From Mobula hypostoma (lineage: Eukaryota), in the NCBI RefSeq assembly GCF_963921235.1, contig NC_086097.1:175772001-175836000 (forward strand): a stretch of 64,000 nt of DNA. The letters run 5' to 3'. Position 1 is the stretch's first letter, and each line of letters starts with the position of its first letter. Below the pieces are notes generated by a model. The model was not told where the DNA came from. It saw only the letters and a list, made by a program, of their open reading frames with translations, and ran no database searches. The translations under genes were made by a program, and so were the position numbers. This document shows positions 26,101 through 38,530 of this stretch, piece after piece.

Positions 26101-28189
26101 ATTAATTAATCAAAATAAAACTTTTCTACCCATATAAAGCAACCAAAAATTAAACCCGACAGATTCACAACCTCCGGTCAAACGGAGATAATTAACAATT
26201 ACGATTAAGATGTTGAAGGTGAAATTGATCCAGATAACTCTGGGCATCCGATGGAGATTCAAAAAAAACGAAGGGCTCCGTCAGGCGTACGTATCCTTAA
26301 ACGCGCAGGGTAAAGCAGCGCTGGTTTTAAATCCATCTTGTAGAGTTCCGACATCACAGATCTGTAACGAACCCGTTGATCCCGAATCTGTTTGCTGAAG
26401 TCCTCCATGAATCGGAACTGAAGATCCAAAAAATCAATATAACCTTTAGATCGAACAAATTGAAGCAGTTTCTCCTTGTCTTGAAAGTAATGAAAACGTA
26501 AAATGACATGTCGAGGTTTATCTGACTTAGACGAATATGATGGAACTCTGTGAGCCCGATCCAGTAACGGTGGTTGGTCAGGAAATACGGTAGGAAATGC
26601 ATCTTTTAAAAGTTGAGAAAAAAACCTTATAGGGTTGTCAGATTCAACAGCTTCACGAACACCAATAATTCGAATATTCAGCCGTCGCATTCTGGATTCT
26701 AAGTCAGAGTTTTTAAAAGTCAGAAAGTCCAGTTTTTTCTTCATTGTAGTAATTGTTTCTTCAATTTTCTCCATCTTGAGTTCATTTTGTTGCGTGGATT
26801 TTTGAAGATTAGATATAGCCTACTGATGTTCCATGATAGATGTTTGCATTCTATCGATTGAATCCGCAATTTTCTGGAAATTAATTGAAATATCTGCGCG
26901 AATCAGCTCCGTTATAGAGGTTGAAATTTCCCTTTGAATTAGATCCGATATAGCTTTCAGAGTCAACGGTGGTTCATTCGGAGGGAGATCGGTACCTTTC
27001 GGTCTAACCGGAGGTTTGCCGTCTTCCCCATTTTTTCCGTTCTTGGACATAGCAGACCTTAAAAGCATCCGAATATCAAAAAGCCCAATTTGTTTCAGAT
27101 TATTGTAAAAGTCGATGCCTTAATGGTTAGTTAAATATAGCTGATCATAAGAAAAAAAACTCAGAAGTAATGGAGCGAGTCAAGAGCACGACTTCACTCC
27201 ATGAGCTCTACCGGAAGTCTCCAAACTGCTGAATCATAATCATTTCAAGAGGGCTGTAATATAAAATCAATGATGCATTGTTGAGGCTTTATAAGGCATT
27301 GGTCAGACTGCACTTTGAGTATAACGAGCAGCTGTGGGCCCCTTATGTGCTAGTATTGGGTGGTGTTTAGAGGAGCTTCATGAGATTGATATTGGGAATG
27401 AAATTTTTAGTGTATGAGGAGTGTTTGGGGCCTGTACTTGCTGGAGTCTAGAAGAATGGAGGGAATCTCATTGAAACCTATTGAATATTGCAAGGCTTAG
27501 AATATAAAGTGGATGTGGAGAGGTGGAGGAGGATCAGAGGGTGCAGTCTCAAAATAGAAGGGGATGTCCATTTAGAACAGATGAGGAATTTCTTGAGCCA
27601 GAGGGTAGTGAATCTGTGGAAATCATTGCCACAGACACCTGTGGAGGCCAAGTCACTAGGTATATTTAAAGCGGAGGTTGATAGTTTCTGGATTAGCCAG
27701 GGCGTCAAAGGCGATGGGGAGGCGGCAAGAGAATGTGATTGAGCGGGATAATAAATCAGCCATGATGGAATGTTGGAGAAGGCTCAATGGGCTAAATAGT
27801 CTAATTTTGTTTTTATATATTCTAGTCTTTTATATGAGTACTTGTCTGAAGTGCCAAATCTAAATACTTCTATGGATAAAGGATCAGGTAAATTGAACAG
27901 CACAGGTACTTAGGGATGAATCTCAAATTCCATTTTTGAGCCATTCCACCACTATTAAGTATTAAACTCGGTGCTTCTCTTCACTTTCATTTCCAAATCT
28001 TGTCGCATGGAGTTATGTTAGGTAGGACATAAACCTCTTTCTGTAACGAGAATATTTGCAGTGTTCGATAAATCAGGATACCTTGATGCCTTTGCGAGTT
28101 AGCACATACTTGTATCTGGAAATAATAGAGAAATGATCATTTGGACAGCCTATTACATGTTCCCAATTTTATGATTACATATTTCTTTC

Positions 28190-28700
28190 AGACCATAGGA
28201 ACATAATTCGGCTATTGGGCCCATCTAGCTTGCCTGGTCATTCAATCATGGCTAATTTATTTCTCCCCTCAATCCCATTCTTGTCCCTTCTTCCTGTAAC
28301 CCTCTCCATCTTTACTAATGGAAAAAAAACTACCATCAGCTGCGTTTAATATACCCAATGACTTGGGTTCTGTAGCTGTCTATGTCAATGAATTCTAGAG
28401 ATTTATTACCCTCTGGATTCATTATTCTCAATACATTTGTTATAAAGGGACGTCCTTGTATTCTGAAACTTTGCTTTTTGGTGTTAGACTGTCCAACTAT
28501 TGGAAGCATCCTCTCCACATCCACTCTATCTAGGCCTTGCAGTGTTTGAAGTTTCAGTGAGATCCCCCCCCCCCATTCTTCTAAACTAATGAGTGCAGAG
28601 CAGAGCTATGAAATGCTTCTGTCATTAATCTTTTCACTCCCGAGATCATTCTTGTAAACCTTAGGATTCTCTCCAATGCCAGCAGATGCATTCTTAGATA
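28190..28700 (-). mobile_element. CR1 3' end fragment
   Basis: MDVERMLPIVG...FRIQGRPF and CR1 3'UTR similarity. Confidence 0.75.
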
Positions 28701-29316
28701 TATTCCTCCTCTAGGCATTATTCCTTTGATATTTTCTTCCCCCCTCACCTTAAAATGCATTGATTCCTCTGTTTCAGCCGGAACTTTTTAATATTATCAT
28801 CTTTGGATGTATCAGGGGACATACCTGATCAAGGGGTGGGATGGCTATACTCTGGTTATGTATCCAAACTAACAACCTCAAAAGCAGATTTAAAATCCAC
28901 TACAATAGCAGCGGAATTTAGCTGCAAGCTATGCAATGTCCCAGCCAAACTATTATAGTACTGTTACAACTCTGTCACCTACCCAACTTTGTGGAAAATT
29001 ACCCATATGTGGCTTATTTATAAAATGTAGGACAAATTATTTTTACCAGTTTGTACCTGATCAGGAATGGACTGATAAGTGGAAAATATTATTTGCACTT
29101 GAAAAATGCTGGACAATTTTATTGCCAGAGGCATACATGCTTGGGGTAAAAGTACCAAGGAAATTAGCTGTATTATCATTAACTTCTTCCAATAAGAGGG
29201 TCTAACCATCAACCTTAACGTTCAGTGGCATGACCATTACCAACACATCATCGATATTCTGAAAGTCTCATTGATTAAGGACTCAAATGGACCACTATCG
29301 AGAATATCTTCAAAAT

Positions 29317-29853
29317 ATTCCATTCCCATTCTGACATGTCCATCCACGGCCTCCTCTACTGTAAAGATGAAGCCACACTCAGGTTGGAGGAACAACACCT
29401 TATATTCCGTCTGGGTAGCCTCCAACCTGATGGCATGAACATCGACTTCTCTAACTTCTGCTAGTGCCCCACCTCCCCCTAGTACCCCATCCGTTATTTA
29501 TTTTTATACATACATTCTTTCTCTCACTCTCCTTTTTCTCCCTGTGTCCCTCTGACTATACCCCTTGCCCATCCTCTGTTCTCCTCCCCCCCCCCCGTCT
29601 TTCTCCCCGGATCTCCTGTCCCATGATCCTCTCATATCCCCTTTGCCAATCACCTGTCCAGCTCTTGGCTCCCCCGCCTCCTGTCTTCTCCTATCATTTT
29701 GGATCTCCCCCTCCCCCTCTCACTTTCAAATCTCTTACTAACTCTTCCTTCAGTTAGTCCTGACAAAGGGTCTCGGCCTGAAACGTCGACTGTACCTCTT
29801 CCTACAGATGCTGCCTGGCCTGCTGCGTTTACCAGCAACTTTGATGTGTGTTG
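29317..29853 (+). mobile_element. Penelope-like element 3' portion
   Basis: Homologous to 15175-15600 (EEQHLIFRLGSLQPDGMNIDF, end of the GIY-YIG ORF), then pyrimidine tract, hammerhead motif and the gatgctgcctggcctgctg tail. Confidence 0.8.
29755..29792 (+). ncRNA. minimal type-I hammerhead ribozyme-like motif (one core mismatch)
   Basis: tAGTC-CTGACAA-agggtctcggcct-GAAACGTC-GACTg. Confidence 0.55.
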
Positions 29854-29863
29854 ATTGTATTTT

Positions 29864-30673
29864 TTAAGAAAGGATTTTTAGTTTGGGGAAAAACATGATT
29901 CTCTGATTGTCGAAAAGTACAGGTTCTTTCAGCCTGGCAGCCTTCATAACCTGGGTCTTGTCCACATAGTTTAGGAACTTCATTATCACTACCCTGGATG
30001 GCTTAGCCAACTGCTTCAACTTCGTTAGCCCTGCCAATTCTGTGCACTCTCTCAATCAGCAGGGTCCCAGGGAAGTCCTCAGCACCAAGCACCTTGGGGA
30101 TCCATTTTCCCAAAAAATTGACCATATTAGCCCCTTCCGCCCTCCCCGGAAGACCCACCAGGCGAAGGTTAGAATGGCGGCTACGATTTTCCAAGTCGTC
30201 CATTTTAAACACTAACCGCTGCATAGCTGCTTTCATGGTTGTATTCTGATTACGCAGAGAGGCAATGTCATCTTGTTTAGTGCTAATTCTATCTTTGGCT
30301 TCTTTAATGCGCACTGTGACAGCTTTCAAATCAGCTTGTATTCCTTGTATAGTGTTTAGTAGCCCGTCAAATCCCGACACAAAATCATCTTTCATTGTTT
30401 GAATAGCGGTTAGGATTTGATTTGGGCCTGCTGCAGTGCTAGCATCTGTTGCCTGGTCGTTAGCTTTAACTACATGGTTACAGGTGGGGTCTAATTTCGA
30501 AGACTTTTGCGTCTGCTTTGTTGGTTTTGGTGGCATTTAGGCTATCACTCAGTTTCCAATCAGACAAACTGGAGCTGTTCAGGTAATTTGAGGTTGCTTG
30601 GTTCCGTAATTTCAGAACTTTTCGGAGGAGCTCTGACACACGTCTGCTCAGCACCGTGCCATAACCAGAAGTC
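29864..30673 (-). mobile_element. 5' part of a second L1 family (5'UTR plus ORF1)
   Basis: MPPKPTK...DDLENRSRHSNLRLVGLP...IERVHRIG...IMKFLNYVDK; 5' end GACTTCTGG parallels the GACTTCCGG of the other L1. Confidence 0.85.
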
Positions 30674-31377
30674 GAGTGCTGTACCTTTAACACTCAAACT
30701 CGATTCCATTCAGAGCAAAGCATCCTGCTGGACTGGCAATGAATTTATCCAGTCTAATGCCAGTATCGTAGCTGCTGCGTGCACTATCTGTAAACTGCGA
30801 TTACTCACCCAGGCCATCCCAATTGTATCTGTTGGAACTATGACCTCTAAAATGAAGAAGGGCAGAAGCAACAGGTGCATGGAAAGAAATTCACTCTTGG
30901 TCTGCCTTCAAGTTGCATACCATTCTGATTTGGGAACAAAAGCCAGACCTTCATTGTTGCTGACTGTAAATGCTGAAATGCTTGCTCCATGCAGAACTGT
31001 GGAAGTACTTCCAACAGACAGACAACAGTGGTTCAAGAAGGTGTTGGGTGGATAACAAATGTTGGTCAAGCTGGCAATGCTGTTATCCTGCAAATGAAAA
31101 AAAGAATTGACATTTTCTCTCGCTGCATTCTATTGATCATGTTAATGGCTTTGTTAAATTTTTTAAAGTTTGTTTTTGCAGTTGCTTTCATTTTAACATT
31201 GCTATTTGCTCACGTAGAAATGTAATTTTTATGCACTGTAAAACGAAACGGGAGTTTTTTTCTGCTTTAAATCTCAAGTTTTTGATTATTTTAATATTTC
31301 ACACCTCGCAATTCATAAGTAGTTATCCCAATCGTTTTCTTCCACTTGACTCCCTCCCCCAACCTGTTATTTTCTAG

Positions 31378-31500
31378 CCTCCCGTACAACGAATTCTTTG
31401 GTGGAGTTAGTGGTCTAACAGTGGAACAGTTCAGAAAAATCAATGGATTTCCCAATGCTTTCTGGGGATGGGGTGGAGAAGATGATGACCTTTGGCGAAG
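31378..31500 (+). CDS. B4GALT6: B4GALT6 coding exon 7
   Basis: tttctag| and |gtaag; 123 bp; (I)LPYNEFFGGVSGLTVEQFRKINGFPNAFWGWGGEDDDLWR contains the GT7 WGWGGEDDD motif; not in the ORF track. Confidence 0.97.
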
Positions 31501-31829
31501 GTAAGAAGCCATTCTGAAGTATGTATGTATTTGTAGTTGGATATGGTGACTGAATGGGACGAGGCTGACACTACTGTTGCCGTTTGTATTCCGCAAATTG
31601 CCAAGGATAAGCAATACTTAAATTAGAGGAGAAAGATTTTTAATAGTTGCAATTGGATGAGACTTCACTTTCTTAATAAGAAGGACTACCCACCCCTAGA
31701 TTGGATATGAAAAGATGCTTGAGTTTTTGGAATACTTTTGGGACAGAAACATCAAGGGAGATGGATTGTTTTAAATTATTAAAATTATAGTAAAGCTAGG
31801 AAGAGTTTTGTTTTGTGTTGGGATGTTAG

Positions 31830-33735
31830 AGTAGCCTTTCTCAACCTTTTTGCCCTGGAGCAACTCTTGAAATAATTTTTAGGTCTTAGGAAAACCCTGT
31901 GTAAAAAATTATTATATTTACAGCTCATGGAATATTAGCATGATCAGTAAGTTGTAGATGTAATAATCTAAAAATAATTGTCAATGCTCTTTTGAGTAGA
32001 AAATGAATTTTTAGCCAACCTTTCTTGAAAAAAACAGGTAGCTTGCCTTTCTTGAAATTGATCTTTCTTTTCACAAATTTTAAAAACTCCATAAGGCAAA
32101 CATAATAAATTTCTGTTAACCAACTAGCTTAAGCCAAAATGGGATATAATTTTTCTAAAGTTAGGCTCAGTAGATGTAATTTAAATAAAGGTTGTAAATT
32201 GGTTTTAATTAATGCTATTTGCAACATGAAAATTTATTGATAATGTTGAATGGTAAAGTTACTAAAAATCATAAGCCAAAACAATATGAATAAAAATATA
32301 GCCTGACACAATTTTATACAAAACTTTGAAAAAACATTTTTTTACTATGTGACATGATCAGGCTAGCATGTGAAACCTGTGCTTGTTTTTTGCTGCACAA
32401 ATTTCACCTTCAACTGAAATGAGACTATTTCCATCCTTACTCTTGATGCTTGTTAAACAAAAAGTTTGCTCACACAGGTGAGAAGTTGAAAACTGCAGCA
32501 AAATGTTCATTTCTTTCCTTTGAATGCCAGGATACTTTTTTTTCCCACAGAAATCCAGAACTTGTCCAGAGGGTAGGTCAGTAAATCTCATCTTGCGTGC
32601 ATGATCAGACTGCAGCTCACAATCTTCTTCCTCTTCTGTCAAAGTCAAGTTCTCAGGCTGCGCAGAAGATTCAGAGAAAGGGTCCCTCACGCAGTCATAC
32701 ACTTGTGTTGAAGGGGAGGGAAATACTGCTCAATTTTGTTCTGCAATTCTTCCAGGTGGTTTTCAATATGATTCGAGACTTTGATATCCTTCCTCACTCT
32801 CAAGTCCAAGCAGCAGTGGAAGCACTTCAAGATTTCCTTTTGCAATATGATCCTTACAAGGGTTCAGTTCCCTTTTAAATCCTCAGTTCCCTTTTAAATC
32901 CAATGATCTTGTTAGTTGACGTCAAAACATTTTCTCCAGGGCCTTGCAGAGACTTGTTCAACTGGCTCATAGATTGAAAAATGTTTACTAAATAGGCTAG
33001 TTTCTGCAGCCGTTCTTTATCTTCAAAGCACTCAGCAAAATCTGGCCTACTATTTTCTTGAAAGTACTCCTGCAAATCACCTTTTAGCTCAAACACCCTG
33101 TTGAGAACTCTTCCTCTGCTAAGCCACCAGACGTCTGTATGTAGCAGGATATTATTGTCCTCTTGTCCAGATTTTAAGTTTTTTAAACATTCTTGAGTGA
33201 ACAGGTCTTTGTTTAATAAAGTTAACCATTTTTGTGGCATCATCCAGAACTTATTTCATTTCATCTCCAAGAGTTTTTGACATCCGGGCCTCTCTGTGAA
33301 GCAAGCAGTGTGTTGTGGCAATGTCTGGATGTTTTTTTAACAAGAGAAACAAAACCTGTCATGGAGCCAATCATTGATGGGACACCAATGCCAACACAGT
33401 TTCTCCAAGACAGACCTTTTGTTTCCAGATACGAAGACAAAACATTAAATACACCTTGGCCTTTGCTTGTTTCTGGCAGCTCTTTGCAATAGCAAAAGTT
33501 TTCTTGAATTTTATCATCATTTGCAAATTTTACAAATGCTGCAACATGACATTTATTGGTAAAATCTTTTGACTCGTCAACCTGGATAGAGAAGCTGTTG
33601 TTTCTCGGTTTATCACACAAAACCTCTTCAGCATCATGTGACATGTCATCAATATGTCGACATTGTACTGTTTGAGAGTTAAACCTTATTAATTTCTGAT
33701 ACTGCATCTTGCGCTAGTATTTTACCCAGTTCAGT
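31830..33735 (-). mobile_element. hAT (Buster/Charlie-type) DNA transposon remnant
   Basis: FSIQVDESKD, LLHTDVWWLSRGRVLNRVFELK, FSTSHLCEQTF (hAT dimerisation region); TIR-like ttctcaaccttttt near 31838; frameshifted. Confidence 0.85.
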
Positions 33736-33739
33736 GACA

Positions 33740-34620
33740 GGGTATATGAAGTTGAGTGAAGTCATCCCCTCTGGTTCAAGATCCTGATGGTTGAGGGGTA
33801 ATAGCTATTTCTGAATCTGGTGGTGTGAGCCCTGCGGTTCCTGTGCCGCCACCTTGATGGCAGCAGAGAAAAAGGATCATGACCTGGGTAATGGTGGGGG
33901 GGTCCCTGGTGATGGCTGCTGCTTTGCTGTGCCAACGCTCCATGTAGATATGCTCAGTTGTGGGGAAGGCTTTACCTGTGATGGTCCTAGGCATATCCTC
34001 TACCTTTTGTAGCATTTTTTGTTCAAGGGCATTGGTGTCTCCATACCAGGCTATGATGCAGCCAGTCAGTATACTCTCCGCCACACTTGTGAAGAAGTTT
34101 GTCAAAGTTTTAGATGTCATGCTGAATCTTTGCAAACTTCTGTGGAAGTAGAGGTGCTGCCATGCTTTCTTCATAATGGCACTTGTGAGCAGGGCCCAGG
34201 AGATTTCCTCTGAAGTCTCTCCACCCTCTCCACCTCCAATTCCCCTGATGAGGGCTAGTTCATGGAACTCCAGCTTTCTGCTCCTGATGTCAATAATCAG
34301 CTCCTTCATCTTGCTGACATCGAGTAGGAGCTTCTTGTTGTGGCACAGCTCAGCCAGATTTTCAGTCTCCCTGCTATATGCTGATTCGTCACCACCTTTG
34401 ATTTGGCCCACCGGAGCAATTTAAATATGGCATTGAAGCTGTGGTTACACAGTCATAAGTGTAAAGTGAGTAGAGCAGGGGTTAAGCACACAGCCTTGTG
34501 GTATACCTTTGCTGATGGAGATTGTTGAGGAGATGTTGTTGTCAGTCTGAACTGGCTGGGTTTTGCAAGTGTGGAAATCGAGGATCCAGTTGCACATGTC
34601 GTTGAGGTAAGGAGGTATTG
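33740..34620 (-). mobile_element. Rex1/Babar LINE RT fragment
   Basis: GDESAYSRE...KMKELIID...KKAWQHLYF...ESILTGCIIAWYG. Confidence 0.8.
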
Positions 34621-35900
34621 AATCAAGTTCCCCACAAGAGGTTACTTGTCATTGAGGAAGTACACCCAATATTCACCAAACTGGTTCTGAGTGACAAGTT
34701 TACTGTAAGAGGAGAGATTGAGGTGCTATTATTTATAATTTGGATGGATAAGATGAGATCTTATGGAACCTTAAAATTTGTAAAGAACTTGACAGAGTAG
34801 GAGCAAGGAGGATGTTTCCCTTGACCAAGGAGTCTAGGATCGGGCATTGTTTCAGAATAAGGAGTAGACTGAGTCTGGAAAAGAATTCCTTTAGTCAGAG
34901 ATAGTGAACTTCTGGAATTCTTCTCCACAGATACCCCTGGTAGCTCCAATACTACTTCATTCAAAACAGATCAAGAGATATGTTGGCTTGGGGAATGTAG
35001 GAATTGTACAGGAAAATGTTGCCGAGGGAACAGGCCAGCTATGATCTTGAAGGAGAATGGCAATGTACAGTAGGCTTGAAGGGTTAAATGTCCTAATCCT
35101 ATTTCTAATGAACACATCTGAGGTTCGTAGAATTCAAGGTTCAACAGTACCATAGATAGAGAATTAATTTAAAGCCATGTCAGTTTAGTGGTAAATGAGA
35201 TAAGAACATGGTAAACAGATGTATCCTGGGTTCACTGCCAGAACCACCAGTCTCTTTGATGCATATTAACTATTTTGATAGGTGATGGCTGGGTAAAAAA
35301 TTCCAAATTAATAAGGGCACAGAGTTTGATTATGTATAAATAAAATGAGGTTGATATAAATAGACTGCAAGAAAATTATTTTTGGCTGAACGGGCAAACA
35401 AGTGGCAGTTGAAGTTTAAGTTCAGAAGCGTAAAGTGATACTGTAGCGGAAAGAGGAGAGACAACGTGTCATAAATAGTACAGTTGTAAAGAGTGCAGAA
35501 ACAGGGGTCTGAGTGCACATTTGCATAATCCGTGAAAGTGGCAGCGATTTGACGGAGCAGTTGGAGTCTGGGGTTCATAAACTGAAGCATGGAATACAAA
35601 AGCCAGTGTAGCTCATTGGAGGATTATGTATAGTTCTTGTCACTGGACCTTAAAGCAGTGTGAAAGACCCAGAAAGATGGCAAAAGAAATTTTACTTGAG
35701 GATGAGGGATTTCTTTTGTAAGATTAAACAGAGAAGCTGGGCTTGAAAACAATTTCAAGGTATTTGATAAAGTTAACAAGATCATGGTTGATTTAAAGTG
35801 GGTAAATGGAGTTCTGATTAGTAGATCATTTAAGATTTTGCTTAGAAGTTGCAAGGGGGACATGAGAAAATATTAACTGGAATTCACTGTGTACAGCAAG
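34620..35900 (+). mobile_element. highly degenerate CR1 fragments
   Basis: Residual similarity to CR1 RT and 3' ends (aagttccccacaagaggtta; gtgaacttctggaattc; aagtggcagttgaagtttaa). Confidence 0.55.
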
Positions 35901-36819
35901 TGGAAACAATTAGTCAGAGCTTTAAGTGGAACTGGAGCGATCTTGACCCAAATTGCTGCCTGTCCATTTCACTCCACAACTGCTACTCCTTTAGCATTTT
36001 GTTGCAGATTCCAACAGCTGCAGTCTCGTCTGTCTCCAGGTACATGAGCCTGATAAGATTGCTTCATCATGTGTTGATATTGGACCTAAGTATGCTGTAA
36101 CAGGTTTTTAATAATTTGTTAATGTATTGTGGATGTGCTTGGAAAGCTCAGTATTTGTAGGCCATTGACAACTGTTCTGATAAAAGATCATTGATCTGAA
36201 ATGTTAACCTTTTATCTCTATAGATGCTGCCTGACCTGAGCATCTTCAGCATTTTCTGTTTCTGTTTCAGATTTTCAGCATTTGCAGTATTTTTCTTTTT
36301 GATTTAAAGTATTTTAATGGTCAATGTTTTTAACACTAGCCTTATTAGAAATAGAACTTATTTTGTTACTCAAATTGATATCTCAGCACTTATTATTTTA
36401 CTTTTACTACCTCATTGTACTGTTGTAATAAATTAATCTGTGTGAATGGTATGCACTGCAAGTTTTTCACTGTACCTCGGTGCATGTGACTATTTACCAG
36501 CTGCCATTAATATGAACTTGTTCCAGGGCAATGGTTGTTAAACTAAGTAGCCACATAATTCCTTGTAAATTAATTTATTCCTTCATTAGTGTGCAAAGAA
36601 ATTGCAGCCCAGCCAGATTTTGCTTAGAATAAATTGGGTTTTTTAAAACACAATTGAAAATCGTAATCCAACTTTTTCATGTTTTGTATTGGGCACTTTT
36701 TTTTTTAAAGCTTCAGTTACAATTGTTAAATACACTGATTCTAACGTGAGAAACTTCAATACTTCATACTTAAATAAATGAAGTATGTCATTTATTATTT
36801 CCCGTATTTCATTTTGCAG

Positions 36820-36921
36820 AGTTCTTTATGCAGGATACAATGTGACGAGACCAGAAGGAGATCTGGGAAAGTACAAATCTATACCTCACCATCATCGAGG
36901 GGAGGTACAGTTCTTAGGCAG
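36820..36921 (+). CDS. B4GALT6: B4GALT6 coding exon 8 (GC donor)
   Basis: ttttgcag| acceptor; 102 bp; (R)VLYAGYNVTRPEGDLGKYKSIPHHHRGEVQFLG(R); donor is AG|gcaagt. Confidence 0.94.
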
Positions 36922-37524
36922 GCAAGTATTCAACGTGCAGGCGTTTTCACATTTGAGATGTAGAGTTGCTATTATGTCTACTGGGGTAATTGAGGTGACG
37001 AATAAAGGACTGAACATATTATATTTGAATGTAAGTAGTATATGAAATAAGATAGATGTTCTTGTAGCACAGTTGAAATTAGTAGGTATGACTTTGTGGG
37101 CTGAAAAATGAGGTAATCGTGAGACAGTGTAAAGCATTGGACAGACCGCGCATGGAGTATTGTGAACTGTTTTGTGCTCCTTGCCTCAAAGAATATGCTG
37201 GCACTGGAGAGGGTACAGAAGATTTTCATGAGAATGATCCCGGGAATGAAAGGGTTAATGTACGAGCAGTATTTGACTGTTCTGGGCCTGTATTTACTGG
37301 AGATGACATTGAAACTTACTAAATATTGAGAGGTCTAGATAGAGTGGACATGGAGAGAATGTTCCCTTTAGTGGAGGAAGTCTAGAACCGTGAGGCACAG
37401 CCTCAGAGTACAAGAGTGTCCCTTTTGAACAGGAATGAGGAGGAATTTCTTTAGCCAGAGAGTGGTGAATCTGTGGAAGTTATGGCCTCCACAGTTGTCT
37501 GTGGCAAAGTCATTGGTATATTTA

Positions 37525-38107
37525 GAAACATAGACACATAGAAAACCTACAGCACAATACAGGCCCTTCGGCCCACAAAGCTGTGCCAAACGTGTCCTTA
37601 CCTGAGAAATTACCAAGGGTTACCCATAGCCCTCTATTTTTATGAGCTCCGTAGACCTGTCCAGGAGTCTCTTAAAAGACCCTATCATATCCGCCTCCAC
37701 CACCGTTGCCGGCAGCCCATTCCACGCACTCACCACTCTCTGTGTTTAAAAAAAAACAACTACTTACCCCTGACATCTCCTCTGTACCTACTTCCAAGCA
37801 CCTAAAAACTGTTCCCTCTCATGCTAGCCATTTCAGCCCTGGGAAAAGCCCTCTGACTATCCACACGATCAATGCTTCTCATCATCTTTATACACCTCTC
37901 ATCCTCCGTTGCTCCAAGGAAAAAAGGCGGAGTTTATTCAACCTATTCTCATAAGGCACGCTCCTAATCCAGGCAACATCCTTGTATATCTCCTCTGCAC
38001 CCTTTCTATGGTTTCCACATCCTTCCTATAGTGAGGCGACCAGAACTGAGCACAGTACTCCAAGTAGGGTCTGACCAGGGTCCTATATAGCTGCAACATT
38101 ACCTCTC
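37525..38107 (-). mobile_element. CR1 3' end inserted in a + strand CR1
   Basis: Nearly identical to 16259-16850; same ttctatgt tail. Confidence 0.85.
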
Positions 38108-38530
38108 AAATTAAAGTGGAGTTTGTGAGGTTATAGGGAAAAGGCAGGAAAATGGGATTGAGAGCGATAACAAATCAACCATGATGGAAAGGTGAAGCAG
38201 GGTGTAATGGGCCAAATGTCCTAATTCTGCTCCTATGTCTTATGGTCTGAGTTCACAGGTCAGAGCTTAACATCCAAGCATACACATAGCATTGAAAGTA
38301 CAGGCAGATGTGCAGAGGGAGTGAGTGGAAAAAAATATATAAATCAAATCCTTAGAAGTGCCATAGGATCAGAAGATGTAGAATTCTTGCAAGGGTAAAA
38401 AAATACCCTGATGAGAGTTTTATATAGTCCTCCAAACGGTAACTAGAGTGTGGGGTACAGATTACAATGGGAAACAGCAAAGGCATGTAAAAAGGGTAAT
38501 ATTATGATAGTCATGGGAATTTCAATATGC

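Larger units (their letters stand above)
21220..27221 (-). mobile_element. full-length L1-clade LINE (about 6.0 kb), inactivated
   Basis: 14-bp TSD CAAACTGCTGAATC (21206-21219 / 27222-27235); 5' GAGACTTCCGG; ORF1 from ATG about 27050 (RRLNIRIIG, DRAHR); ORF2 SWNTNG, RQGCPLSP, LYADD, CDRC...HMFWSC; AATAAA plus A-rich tail; several stops and frameshifts. Confidence 0.95.
16259..27232 (-). mobile_element. near full-length CR1 LINE (body about 16259-21219) hosting RTE and L1 insertions
   Basis: (TTTCTATG)n tail at about 16260; [11 protein letters not shown]...KFADDTK; EN VYFNARSI; ORF1 CAQC...HICTRC; ATCATA TSD. Confidence 0.9.
13920..27830 (+). mobile_element. old CR1 ORF2 split into three pieces (about 13920-14660, 15610-16258, 27233-27830) by nested insertions
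   Basis: Colinear EN, RT and 3' UTR similarity to other + strand CR1 copies; sequence continues across the ATCATA duplication (16253-16258 / 27233-27238). Confidence 0.8.

Noticed and set aside
30507..31055. 182-aa + strand ORF
   Set aside because: Overlaps the antisense L1 5'UTR and decayed repeat sequence; no recognisable domain or splice context
31830..33735. Domesticated ZBED5/FAM200/SCAND3-like gene
   Set aside because: Multiple frameshifts and stops, truncation by a LINE and an intronic location indicate a dead transposon
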